64,000 nucleotides of DNA from Lepidodermella squamata (Eukaryota > Animalia > Gastrotricha), in contig JBLDXI010000032.1 of assembly GCA_047495785.1 (NCBI GenBank), forward strand, positions 992,001-1,056,000. Direction: 5' to 3'. The number at the start of each line of letters is the position of its first letter. Within the stretch, counting starts at the first letter, position 1. A model generated the notes under the pieces. It had not been told where the DNA came from. It saw only the letters and a program-made list of their open reading frames with translations, and made no database searches. Positions 46,472 to 61,225 of this stretch are shown here, one piece after another. Both the position numbers and the translations under genes were made by a program.

Positions 46472-48724
46472 TTACCGAACATCATCACTGGCATTACCAG
46501 GCGAGGTAATGTTAGATTTGCTGTTATTGTTATTACTATTAGAATCGGGACTTCCGTAATTGGCAAAGTGTTCGCGAAAGACTGCACGCATTTCAGTAAC
46601 ATCGGCTCGCAACTCTTCGGCTTCCTCCGCCTTCTCGCCGTACATTTCGAGCAACTTCTCGTAACGAACCGTCAAATCCTGATGGTCGCGCTCCAGTTTC
46701 GACAACTGCGATTCGAGATCAGCGCACCGCTTTTGAATCGCGTTGGAACCGAATGACAACCGAGATTCGGACTCGGTCGCGCGGCGTTCATAACCAGCAG
46801 CCCGGGCACGTTCCTGCTCACACATTGACTCTAAATTCGCGACTCGCCGCTTCCAAATATCACGATCTGCCTCTAATTGCACGTAATTCGCCTGGATTTT
46901 CGTCAGTTCCAATTTGAAAATTTCACTAGATCTCTCCAGCTCCATTCTACGCTTTTCCGAACTGGACGCGAGCGCTTCTGATTCACGAGCCCGTTGCTCG
47001 GCTTGGCTTAAAGCTGTCTCTAATTGAGCCAATTTCGTCGACATTGTCTTCTCCGTCTCATTCCAATTTTTCGAGGCGAGGGCGTAACTTTGTTGAAGCG
47101 ATTCGAGTTGCTTTAACACCGGTTTAGCAGCACTTGTCGCACCTTCTCGCAGTTCCTCGGCATACGAATTTGCCTGCTCGAATTTCGCCTCCAATTCTGC
47201 AACCTCCTGCCGACGTTGTCGCTCGACGGTCAACAATTTCTCCTCAAGCTCACGAACAACATCGCCTAATTGATCAATTCGTTCCAAAAGTTTATTTTCA
47301 CGTTCTTTCGAGGTATCGCCGACGCTAGAAACGCGTTTTTCCAGCGACTCAAGCTCAGCTTTTGTGTCTAACAACTGTTGGTGCTTATCTTGAACCTCCT
47401 TCTCCATTCGCTTAACGGCCGACGTCATCTGTTGCACCATTTCAGAACTTTGCCGCTCCCCTTCCATTTTCAGTGTGAGATTTCGCTCGAGTTGCATCAT
47501 TTTATTGTTCAGTTCCTCGTTTTTGCGATGAGCTTCTTGCAACTGAGCGTCGGTTTCCTTCTCCTTAGCTCGAAGCTTTTTTACTAAACTTATACCCTGA
47601 GCTTGTTGCTTCGACAATTTTTCGCCTTCTTCCCGTAATTCAGAAATCACTTGATCGCGTTCTTTTATCTCGTTTTTCAGCAAACGAACAGTATCTGCAC
47701 CAAATTGCGCTTCTTGCGCCGCCTGGGCATCCATTTGACGACGTATTTCCGTAAGCTGAGTATGTAAAAGGGTATTTTCGTCGCTCAATTCGAGGATTCG
47801 AGCATCCTTCTTTTCAAGAGCGCGAGTAATTTCAGCCAACTGTTTCATTAATTGAGCTGCAGTCTGGTCGTTATTTGATGTATTTTGCACAGGCTTGACT
47901 TGGCTTGGGGATGATTCGACTGACGACGTGAAGCCAGCTGGCACCAATGGCCTGAAATGGCGGCTAGATTCCTGGGCAGGGATAGTGTAACCCTCGATAA
48001 TACAACTAGACGGTGTAGATACGATTTCAATATCTGATGTCGTCGAAGGAGCAACTTCTACTCGAACTAACTCCGATCCCATGCACGATGATGCCGCTTC
48101 CGATGGCGGAGCGGGAGATTCAATTGAACGTGGGGAATGTGATTCAGCCACCTCGTTATTGGAAGGATTGTCTTGCACAACAGTATCTTCTGAGGATGAG
48201 ACCATTCGATTGTTGGAATCTTGAGGAGATAACGGAGCTATTTGGGAAGAAGTATGCGGCGAGTCTTGTGATTCCTGTGGTGGGGAGGAAACAGGTCTGA
48301 ATGTTAGAGCATCGTTGACTGGCATCAAGAGGCTGCTGCTTTCGGCAGTTAGCTCTTGTACTTCGCTATCATTTTCCGGCAGCATATGGTCGACATGGGC
48401 AGATTCACTTGGCGCTTTCGGCGAGCTCAATGAACTAGTACTGCTCGATAACTTGACGGCGAAGGGCTGCCCGCGAGGCGAGAGAGCTCGAAGCGGTCGA
48501 CTGGATCCTCCACGATCTGATGACATATCATCTGAAGCTGAATTTTCTGGCTCGTGGTGTGGCTCTGATACTCCGGCAGAGTCTGATTGTTCGACAGCTG
48601 CAGTTCTGAGCGCAGCCTCTTCTTGCTCTTTAATATCAAGTACCTTGTCAATTTTCTTTTGAGCATTTTTGATAGCATTTGTCGCGATCGACGCTAGCGC
48701 CGCTGCATCCCACCAACCGCTCAT
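46472..48724 (-). CDS. TMF1: TATA element modulatory factor 1 (golgin TMF/ARA160), 750 aa
   Basis: N-terminal MSGWW...AIKNAQKKIDKVLDI; LREEGEKLSKQQ...KKLRAKEKE; C-terminal LLEMYGEKAEEAEELRADV. Confidence 0.93.
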   Translation of the reverse strand: MSGWWDAAALASIATNAIKNAQKKIDKVLDIKEQEEAALRTAAVEQSDSAGVSEPHHEPENSASDDMSSDRGGSSRPLRALSPRGQPFAVKLSSSTSSLSSPKAPSESAHVDHMLPENDSEVQELTAESSSLLMPVNDALTFRPVSSPPQESQDSPHTSSQIAPLSPQDSNNRMVSSSEDTVVQDNPSNNEVAESHSPRSIESPAPPSEAASSCMGSELVRVEVAPSTTSDIEIVSTPSSCIIEGYTIPAQESSRHFRPLVPAGFTSSVESSPSQVKPVQNTSNNDQTAAQLMKQLAEITRALEKKDARILELSDENTLLHTQLTEIRRQMDAQAAQEAQFGADTVRLLKNEIKERDQVISELREEGEKLSKQQAQGISLVKKLRAKEKETDAQLQEAHRKNEELNNKMMQLERNLTLKMEGERQSSEMVQQMTSAVKRMEKEVQDKHQQLLDTKAELESLEKRVSSVGDTSKERENKLLERIDQLGDVVRELEEKLLTVERQRRQEVAELEAKFEQANSYAEELREGATSAAKPVLKQLESLQQSYALASKNWNETEKTMSTKLAQLETALSQAEQRARESEALASSSEKRRMELERSSEIFKLELTKIQANYVQLEADRDIWKRRVANLESMCEQERARAAGYERRATESESRLSFGSNAIQKRCADLESQLSKLERDHQDLTVRYEKLLEMYGEKAEEAEELRADVTEMRAVFREHFANYGSPDSNSNNNNSKSNITSPGNASDDVR

Positions 48725-49236
48725 TATAAGTTATTATTGAAACTAAATGGCTGAGAGAATCAGAGCGATATAAATTGGAACAGCACAAGCAGAGGTTAAA
48801 AAAGGTAGGTCGACAAATTATGCATGAGAGGTGAGACGTGCCAGGTGAGCATAACCGTTATACACGTAGAGATAATGATGATAGGAAAGTTTACGAGCTC
48901 TTTCTTGGCCTAACGACGCATCCATTCGATTGACATCAATAAATTGACCGATACATTTGAAACTCATCTATAGAGACATAGCGAATCGAGTCACTGAGAA
49001 TCGAGTGATGCAATTTGGCATGAGAGCTAAAGATAGATGAGATAGATGGCGTGGAAAAGACTCAGCAAAACCCATATGAAAGAAACACACCAAAAAATCG
49101 CCAAATGAGGCAGAAAAGCGACAAAGCCCGCGCAAAGTCAATCGTCATTCAATTATAATTTTATTATGTTGTTCAATTTACATCAAACTATGTTTTAATA
49201 ATTAACACAGTAAAATATAAAAAATTTGCGTCCTTA

Positions 49237-49251
49237 GTTGCGCATAGTGAC
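49237..49251. promoter_or_regulatory. RFX X-box-like site upstream of CFAP91
   Basis: GTTGCGCATAGTGAC, 76 bp before the ATG of a ciliary gene; one nt longer than the common 14-bp form. Confidence 0.5.
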
Positions 49252-49326
49252 AGTCATCGGGTTTCCGATGTCATTAAGCGATAAACGCATATTGTAAGGA
49301 AAGTTCAGCAGTGAATCTCGCGAATA

Positions 49327-51871
<2,545 letters not shown>

Positions 51872-52152
51872 GCCAAAGTTCAACCGTGTATAATCGGAAA
51901 CTTGAAAATTGCTATCAAATTACTCGGCTGATGATGTGTTATTGAGAACAAAATAAAATATTTTACTAAGAAAATAGTATTTATTTTGCCAGTCAAGTAT
52001 CACGAAGTGTTGACGTATTCAAAAAGTGCAATTTTTTCGTAACTGAAAACAGGGTTGCTAGAGGCTCAAGGAAAGCGCTTCAAGTTATGGAATAAAATGG
52101 CATAAATTCACGGGAAAAAACTAGCGTCAAATCGGGTAAAAAAATATGACAG

Positions 52153-53711
52153 TTAATTTTTGTAAAAATCATCATTGTCATCTTTATTGTTCCGCTTGCC
52201 GCTGTCAGTACGCCGAATCGTAACAACAGGCTTGGCTGAAGTCGAAGAAATCGTCGATGTGACAGTGGTGATTGTTCGATTTGTCGTTTTACCACGCGCC
52301 GTGCTGTTGCCAGACCGCCCTGACATCTCAGCATCGTACTCGTCGTCAACTTCACCTACAGCTGACGCCTCCAGACTGGCGGCTTCTCGGTTCAAAAATT
52401 CTTCAATGTCATAGTGGCGCAGTTGGCGAGCGATGTCGACCGGGCGAGCGCCTTCCGCATCCCGCATTGCCAAGGCGTTATAGGTATCCATGTTCTCGGA
52501 TGTTACCAGGGCTCTGACTGTTTGTAGATTGCCGGATTGGGCTGCGAGATGCAGCGGCGTTGATCGAGCTGTGATCAGTGCTGTAGGGCTGGCACCAAGA
52601 GAAAGGAGTTGCTGGAAAAAATTGTAAAAAATCTAAGTTATTCAAGCGATTCCGCGACTAACCTTGACAGTTGATGGGTGTTTGTAGGCTGCTGCGAAGT
52701 GAAGAGCCGTGAAATTTCCTTCCTCCGCCTTAGCGTCGATTTCAGCGCCGTGTTTAGCCAGCAACGCTACAATATCATCAGCCCCTTCCATACCCGCGAC
52801 GTGTAACGGGCCAAGGCCGCGGCTGTTATTCAATCGAATGAACTGGTAACCATTGCTAGCCGTCAAAAATCGCCTCACTGCGTCTTCATCATTTCGTCGT
52901 ATCGCATCGAAAAAGTTATTCAAATTCGATGGAGATATTCCAATGGGGGTCGAACTCCCTGATAAAAAGCCAAGAAAATCGTTGCGGCTTTGGTAAAAAC
53001 TATTGCTGACTTACTTAATTCAACACTTCTATTAGTGCTTCCGCCACTCTCGTTTGATTCGTCTTCAAATCGGCCGGTATTCGGCGGGCTTTTCGCCTCA
53101 GGCTTTTCCGGCAAATCGTCGATCCTAATTTTCGTCGGCTTGAGATCGACAACACTATTATGCGGTGACCTCAAGAATTTTTTGCACGAAAACGCGTAAG
53201 CTTCCTCGTTTTCTTTATCGTGAATCATCACGTGGTCCAAATACCAAGCATCTTGCATTCGATCACTTTCGTGTCCAAGTTTGATATGTTCGATGCGACC
53301 TACGTGCGGTATGGTCAGTTCGAATTTATCCATTCTGCCCCTTTGAAATGGTATTGGTTCACCGCGAGGGCGGACCAGCTCGATTTTTTTCGATCGGCCG
53401 TTCTCGCCAAACAGCGTTATGAAAACTGGAGCTTGAGTACTTCCGCCGTTTTCATTACCAGTTTTAACAAAAACAACGTATTGAGCCTCCGGAGCTTCTT
53501 TCTTCGAAACAACGTGGTCGTCCTGACAGCCAAAAATTCAAATTAAAAGGTTCAAAATTAATGGTCTTAATGACGCATTAGTTATAAATCCCAAGCTCCG
53601 TGACATTTTTACTTCGCAGTGAATCATTATTGCCATATTCTGTGATAAGCCAAGCTCTAAAAAACTGGGATCCACACTGAAACTTACGAGATTTCGAGGT
53701 CTGAATTTCAT
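52153..53711 (-). CDS. PLAT (LH2) domain plus ankyrin-repeat protein
   Basis: YVVFVKTGNENGGSTQAPVFITLFGENG...FQRGRMDKF...AWYLDHV is a PLAT domain; GPLHVAG, TALHFAA, TPLHLAA are ankyrin repeats; first exon 53711-53688 tentative. Confidence 0.85.
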
Positions 53712-53801
53712 TTCATGAAATGAAAGAAAACAACAAAAACGTAAAATGTCAACCCCAAATTTTGAAAATGAAAGATAAGCAAAGCTTAGCCACGAAAGGT
53801 T

Positions 53802-55251
53802 TTAGTCATCATCGCTGCTTTCATCACTACTGCTTTCACTACTGGTTTCGCTTTTGTCAACTAACTCGGCATGAGGGTCGTTAACCGACTCCTGCCGAAT
53901 CAAGGGAGGCAGCTTTCGTTCAGGCGAAGGTAGGCACACGGGGGTTCTCGGCGATCGGATTGTTATTACTCGGTTTTTTGTTATTAGCACAGGCACGATT
54001 ATGTTATGAAACCGCGACGGTGACAGGGGTGGAGGGTTGTCTACAGATACGAAAGATCTAGGAGTTTTGACGACATTAACATTTCCCCGATGAAAGACGC
54101 CATTTGACTCAGTTTCATCTGCCGCACTGTTAGTAAATGTTAGTCAACAAGAAAGCGTAAGTATGCAGATAGATGCAAAAATAACTCATCATTACGAATT
54201 GAAAAGGTTTAAAAACTCACGGAGACTTCGCCGATTTAGACCTCACTGGTTTGCGTTTTTTAAGACCGGCAGCCTCGTATCGATCTTCCATAAGCTTTTC
54301 TTTTTCAGGTGGGTTCAACTCCTGCGGTAATTTGAAAGAAAATTATAATCAGATTGTTACTGAAATTGATTTCAGCCACTTATGATGACAGATCAAGCAA
54401 GCTTTTGACAAACAGCAACTGAAAATAACCAAAGAGTACGTACAAGACATGCAACAATTTTAGTAGCGAAGTCTACGAGGCGGGATGCTTCGGCCTGACT
54501 AACGTAAGAACTTTGAGCCGCACGAATAGTCGGAATGCCACCGGGGAATGGACTGTAATGACATGAATTGAAGCTTAAAGCTAAATGCAATAAACAAATA
54601 TTGAAAGAGGCACCTCTTCGTTTTGCCACCATAGCTAGAAGAGCAGTAATGGAGATCTTTGATACGATTAACTAGAATAACATTTCCAAATTGATCGCGT
54701 TTGCAATAGCCATGTGGAACGTAATATTCCTTGACAACTGTTTTTTCCATGGTTTGTTCCACATCATCTTCGATGGTTTTCGACCGGTTCGTTAACGCCT
54801 CGGGTTTTTTCTCCTTATCTTCCTAAAATGCACCATGATATTAGATTTAGCAATGTGTACCTACTTCGTTAACATTACCAGCTTCAAATGAGTCATCCGT
54901 TTTCTGATTTCTTTATCAGCGAAGTTGTGTTTAAGAGAAGGAACACTTGTTCTCGGACCATCGTAGGCAACGACAAGGCGCTAAAGAGGCTTATCTCAGC
55001 AGTTGAATAAGGTAAATGGCCTACAATTACTCTTTTCAACGATGGATATATCATCCGTGGATGATAAGCACTAGAGAGATCAAAGCCATCTTCCCGCCGT
55101 TTGACTTCGATGTAGTATTTCCTATCAATCGATAGATGATTGAGTAGTTAAGATAGCAATTAAGCAAAATACAATTTTCGTCCCACTGATTTCACCACCT
55201 TGTTTGTCGATGCCTCCAAAGGAAAGACTTCGCGTTCCGCCATAACGAAAC
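53802..55251 (-). CDS. Multi-exon orphan with acidic C-terminus; 5' end unresolved
   Basis: Short open exons separated by ~50-nt GT-AG introns (KYYIEVKRREDGFDL; KEYYVPHGYCKRDQFGNV); ends SSSDESSDDD*. Confidence 0.55.
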
Positions 55252-55819
55252 CTAAAGCAAAGAGAGGGATTGTCATTAGTTCAGATAGTGTGCATCTCGC
55301 AAATTATATCAGCATCGCAATACAAATATTTCTCGGGCATCGATTAGTACCAGGAAGGAAGTCTCAATAGAATTGAGTGCCGAGTGCTATCAAAAACGGA
55401 AAGCACTTGTTGCAGAAGGACCTCAGTTGCTAAGGGCCTAGATGCGTTGCTACACTCTTAGTAAAACAAATTTTGTTCACAAAAATAAATTTATAAGAGA
55501 TTTTCATGAAAAGGAATGATTCTGAGGTAGTAACTTGCTGCATTATTTTTTCCTTCGATTTTTTTAGTTTGAGAACCTAGATCCAAGGCCCCCTCTGCCC
55601 ATATCCTGGCATTACGTTCAGGATTTTCAGCATCATCAGCTTTAACCCAACATGAGCGAATGCTTATTTCATAGCAGATAAGGATATGTACCGTTTGAGT
55701 GACAGTTTAAAGCTTAGAGCTTGATATTTCATTTGGAAATAGGAACAGCCAAGAACAGGAACATGGGGCCAAGACATGGAGTGTTTTCGCCAATCGTACC
55801 CGATGCTTCGATGAAACAT

Positions 55820-57229
55820 TCATCCGATCACTCGTGGCTTGAACGACCGCTGTAGGCTGAGATGGGCGCTCAAATTATGAAAAGGTGAGCGCTGAGACTG
55901 GGACTTGGGGGATTCGCTCACCAATCGCCCACATCTGATGCAAGAATATTTTGTCGACAAAAAGCGCGACACTGCGCCTATTCTCGCGACATAAATAACT
56001 GGAATCACAATTGGCATCGACAAGAATAGAGTATATAGCAAATTTTGAAGGATCATGCAATACGTCTCAAATTGATGGAAGTCTTCCAAGCCTTCGTTGT
56101 TCGAAAATTTGACCAGATAAGCCATTGCTATTTCGTGAATGACAAACGGCAGCCAGCATAGAATGAATGCTGACGCATAATCAGCGTTGTCTTGTTCAAT
56201 TTCGCCACTTTCGCCCTGGTACGTCCACTTGACCGGTGGATAACCCGTCGGAAGCTGAAGTGGCACATGATGATAAAAGTCATAGCTATTAACGTCACAA
56301 TCAAAACGAGGAACTCGAAAGAGTATTGGTAGAAACTATGTGTGTAATTGGAGCACCAGTTCCAGCTGCTGGACACTAACATATTTTGATCTTCTGTTGC
56401 CATGAATGCATTCAGGTAAATATCAAGCAATGAATCTATCGAAGTATTTAAGTGGCATGATTCTGGCTGGTCTGACATGAAGATGTTCAAATAGGAATGG
56501 AAAGACGACGCGTTGTTGAGGTCAATGAAAAACACTCCATGATTGAAATCTTTTCCGAAAGAGTTGAGCTCCTGAACATCAGCGCCCGTCTCCAAAATCG
56601 ATTCATCGCAATTCATGTATTCAACAGCTATCAGTTTCTGTTGTATTCCAGATAGCCGAGGTTCCATGTTCGCAAGTGGAAGTATAATTTCAAACACCAC
56701 GTGGTCGATTACAGCTGTTGAAAAATTGTTATGATAAGGCGGGTTGGAAAAGAAGGAGTCTTACTTATTAAAACAACGCCCATCGCAACAAGACACGGAG
56801 CTTTTCTCACAAGGAAGTGATTCGTAACTTGCTTATATTGATGGGGATATGCCTGCGACAGGAGAGAGAAGTTTAATGGGCTTAAATGGTCTAACACGAT
56901 AAACTCACGATTCCTATAAAATTGTCCAAAAACATTCCACATAGATTGAGCAGGAAAGACAGATAACCAGCCATTTCGAGGCTATGTTCCAGCCTATAGG
57001 CGCATTTGTTCACTTTGGCGTCGATGTCAAAGTACCAAAACGAAGCCGATCTGATCAATGACACGGTTCTCATGCCACAGATGTACATCCCAGAGGCCAA
57101 AAGACTGGCCAAGAACAGCCTATAGGTTCGACGGTGTATTTCGCCCTTGACAACACCTTCCATCGCGAAGGAATTTACAACAATAGCAATAATGAGAGAT
57201 ACGACTTCCGCTACAGCTTTGTAAACCAT
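55820..57229 (-). pseudogene. Divergent rhodopsin-class GPCR with one frameshift (~56177); exons 57229-56909, 56852-56765, 56714-55820
   Basis: 7 hydrophobic segments, DNF at the DRY position, FILCWLP, IPVIY; exon total 1304 nt (not 3n); no intron signals at the frame switch. Confidence 0.75.
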
Positions 57230-58240
57230 TATTTATCTTTAATTATCTTGAAATGTGAAGCATATGCTACTAACTTTCTTGTGAACTGTGAAGTTATGAG
57301 CAATTCATGTGGACTTATGTACCCAAGTCCAGAAGTTGAATCGGCCGAAGGCTGCTCCGTTCTAAATTCTTGGCATAACTGGGTAATCGGAAACATCGTA
57401 CACATGATTGTCATAGTGGCGGTGACATGAGCAGGGACATCGCAAGCAAATTCAATTAATCATATTACCAAATTAATCTTATATATTTGGTTTTAAGCAG
57501 CTAGGTATTTGTTAATCAGTAAACAAGTCCTAATCACCCCGCTTCTAGGGATCACTATGGACCTTTTCAGACATCATGATGACAGACCGATTGCATACAG
57601 CTGTTTCCGAGCGTGGGTTTGTCCTCGAAATTCAGGATTTTTCAAAGCGTCGCACGCAGATTACGACTGGCGTAGATGTGGTGACATGAGCAGGTAAATA
57701 AAGGTGAAATGTAAAGAAACCCTAGATGTACTCATTATCCTAATCATATAGCTTCGTGGGATATGTGGAGACTCCTAGAGCCAACAGCTGACATATTCCA
57801 TGCATTTTTTTCGTACGTGTGTCAGAATCCATCTTAATCACTCATCGTCCGTCACGTCAACTACCTATTCATCAGGTAATATTGTCGATTAGAATATTTT
57901 ACATTTGAAATGACCAATTTCTCGGTTGTTTAACTCGTAGTCCTTGTGTTTCGTAGGCGCATTTTAGCCAATTACTCATGGAGCGGGTTTTAAATGCAAC
58001 CAGGTTCTGCTACTTAAAGTTACTAGTACAAATATTCAATCAGATCTTTTGAGTATCTCGCGAGGCACACAAGCAGAGTGGAAAACGAGGGCATAAACAT
58101 GTTTGTTTTGTTACGACTCTCGACACATTTTTCAAATCAGAGCTGTACAGATTTGATCAACGTAATACGAATTACAATTCATTAAAAAACTTGATTTATT
58201 GAAAATCAATTAGAATAAAAAGCAAAAAGTCTTGTGTCAA

Positions 58241-59772
58241 TCAGCGGCTTTCAACGAACACTTTGTAGAACGGTGGCTTGTGCACCAATCCATAAATTCC
58301 ATCCTCGAATTTCGATTCGGGTGTTGCAAGCGTGAATTTGTATCGATGTAAAACCGCCACCAAGAAAATGAAGAATTCCACTTTAGCGAGGCCCTCGCCA
58401 AGACAGATTCTTGGACCCAAGCCAAACGGCAAAAAGTGTGACGAGTGACTCAGCAACTCACCATCTTTGCCGATCCATCGCTCTGGGTCGAAAATCTCGG
58501 GGTTCTTCCAGTATGATTCATCGAAATGAACAGCAGTGGCGTTGTAGGCGACTAACGAATCCGGAGGAATATCATTTGGCTTTGGCATGCTCATCAAGAT
58601 TCGAATGATACACCCCAAGAGGAGCAATGGAAGCGTGTCGAAGAACCTCATACATAACAGCGTCAAGGTAGACCAGCTTGGGGCGATCAGCCAGTGTCGG
58701 CAGACGATCGGTATCAATCACTGAATCGATCAGTTCCTGGCATTTTTTCTGTATGGCGGGATTCTTCGTCAGATAGAAAAGGGCCCAGCGTAGTGCAGTA
58801 GATGTTGTCTCAGTGCCAGCTCCAAACATTTCATTCATAATCTCAGCGAATTCTCGCAAATCCATAGCTTCGTCTTTGCTATGTTCACTTGCAATGAAGA
58901 GGTCAGGGAAGTCGCGAATGTTTTCAGGATCGTAGTCCAAACGGTGTTCTTTGATCGCCTGCCTGAGCAACTTCTCCAGTAAAGCGATCATGCCATTTAA
59001 GTTTGAAAGGAAACTCGGCGACTTGAAATATTTCAGAAACGGGAAAAGCAAGAAGCCTGTGCTTTCAGCCGTCGACTGCTCTGTGCCTGCTTCCACTTTC
59101 TCCATAAGATCCACAAAATTCGGATCGTCATAAGGCAAACGCTTTCCGAGTACCAACGAGCAGATAACGTTGCAAACAGCATTTAAAGTAATTGTTTTAA
59201 GCTCAATCGCCTTTTTACCCTTGGCAGCTTCTTGGAGTTCATCAAGCAGAACTACTGCCTCTTCATGAATTTTAACAACCATAGATTCTTTGCCCATACC
59301 TGTGGATCAAATTAGCTTGAAATTCATTCCTTATAAACTAAGCTATAGTTGCCTTACCAAAATCTCGCATCGCTTTCAGGCCAAAACGCCTGTTCTTCCG
59401 CCATTTGTCATGGTTTGCAAACACGACTGCTTCCGGAATTTTGTCGTAGCCAGGTAAACGTTTTTCGATGCGCCAGCTGAATGTTTTACCCTGCTCAACA
59501 ATCGCCTCGTGAACTGTTTTAGCACTGTTCAGTACAATCATTCGAATAGGACCCAAGTAAAAAGTATTGATAGGGCCGTATTGCTTCGCCAGATCTCGCA
59601 AAACTTTCCACAAAACCGGCTTCTCGCTGCTGAACATCAGCCTATTGAGGTTGCCGAGCCATGGTACTGGAGCGGGACCAGGTGGAAGGCTATAGCGCTT
59701 GTCAAGCAGGAAACGGCGGTAAGTTACCAGTAGGAGGACTGTGAGGCTTGCAGCCAATAGTAGCAAAAGCAT
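58241..59772 (-). pseudogene. Cytochrome P450, CYP2 clan, with one frameshift (~58577); exons 59772-59358 and 59299-58241
   Basis: PPGP, WRKNR, AGTETT, EVLR, FDPERW, FGLGPRICLG; exon total 1474 nt (not 3n); frame switches at HAKA/NDIP with no intron. Confidence 0.85.
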
Positions 59773-59896
59773 TTTTTAATTTGTTGTGCAATCTGGAAAA
59801 GGTATTCTTATTTCGCCGAATACTAGATCTTATATAGACGTGGCAAGCTTAGTTCATTCTATTTTCAGCCGCGACACAAAATGATCTTTTACATGG

Positions 59897-60092
59897 AAAG
59901 TAGAGAGTACTGATGTCCGAGGCCATTTTTTAGGTATTTGACAAAAACGACCCCCTCGGACGTCAGTACTCCTAACTTTAACCAGTAAAAAACACAACGC
60001 TCAGAAATTAGTATATACAGTCATGCCCTCGTTATCTGGTATATTGAAGAATAATAAATGCATGTCCGATGTTGTGCGCTTTTTTACTGGTT
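59897..60092. repeat. Two adjacent imperfect inverted repeats (old MITE-like) upstream of the CYP
   Basis: GAGTACTGATGTCCGAGG / CCTCGGACGTCAGTACTC; AACCAGTAAAAAACACAAC / GTTGTGCGCTTTTTTACTGGTT. Confidence 0.6.
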
Positions 60093-61225
60093 ACGAGTAC
60101 TATAATGTCCGCCGGTTTTGTTTTTATAATTTCTGATGCCAAAATTTCCCTTTCAGAGGTAAAGCTTGTGCTCTTTCAACGGTTCGCCTATTTTTTCATC
60201 TAAGAACAAAAAAATTATCGCTTGGCTTTCGAAAAAGGTAGAGCTTGAAGCTTAACAAACCGGAAAACTACAAACACAAGGTTATCAAAAGAACGAATCG
60301 AAATTGAAGATTAAAATGGCTAGCAAAAGAAATTTGCAAGTTTAAGTCGATACAAACAGTGACTGATAGTAATAGGTGATCAGTCCATTAACTGAGAAAT
60401 GCTGCATAATTTAGTCGCCCAAGAAGCTTACTACCTTGGCCCCCAGTCCACATACATGACTTGAAAAAGTCGAAAATCCTTGTAAGTATTATCGACTTCA
60501 AGCTATAGGCTTATTCTAGCTATATTCTTTAGCGATCAAGTGGAAGCACATCTTCTGCGGTTCCACGAAAATCCTGACGGTAAATCCGAATCGCCGGGAA
60601 ATCCAAGTAGTTTTGTATGTAATTCCCTCTGCGGGCCTAAGTCGCTCCTAAATATTTACATTTGACGAAAAATCAGGGTTCCACTGTAATTTTTTCAAAT
60701 CATTCATCTCAAAAATGTAACTACCGAGAAAATTTTACTGGCCAATTAAGGCCGCCGGGTCCACGTTTAAGATGAAACAAGTCATTTCGCATCACACAAG
60801 TTCCTCGAAATAGAGGCATACCTATTGTACCTCGTTCGTCCTATAATGTTTTGAACAAGGCGCATTCACTGCCAATCCCGAAAATATGATGTGATCGTTA
60901 TGGGGACAGTCAGCATTCATCCTTGCCATTTGATTCCAGTAAATTAGTTCGCGTTTAGCTGCGGACGACTTGGAATTTTCTGACCTGACCGGCAAGTACG
61001 AGCTAAGGAACATTTCTCCTAGAAACGCAGCCGCTTTCGCGTTTCATAAACAATAACAAACGTGGAAACGCGTGAAGAGCAAATTTTATTCCTCGATCAC
61101 GATATTATTTCACAAAAAGGTTATGAAAAACAAACAAAACACTGGAGTTTCTGAAAATTCACAGCGTCAAATAAGCAGAAGAAGTATGTGGAATTATGAA
61201 ATGGATGACTACAATCACTGCGATT

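Noticed and set aside
55523-55544. TGAGGTAGTA matching the let-7 5' end
   Set aside because: No complementary star arm downstream; does not form a pre-miRNA
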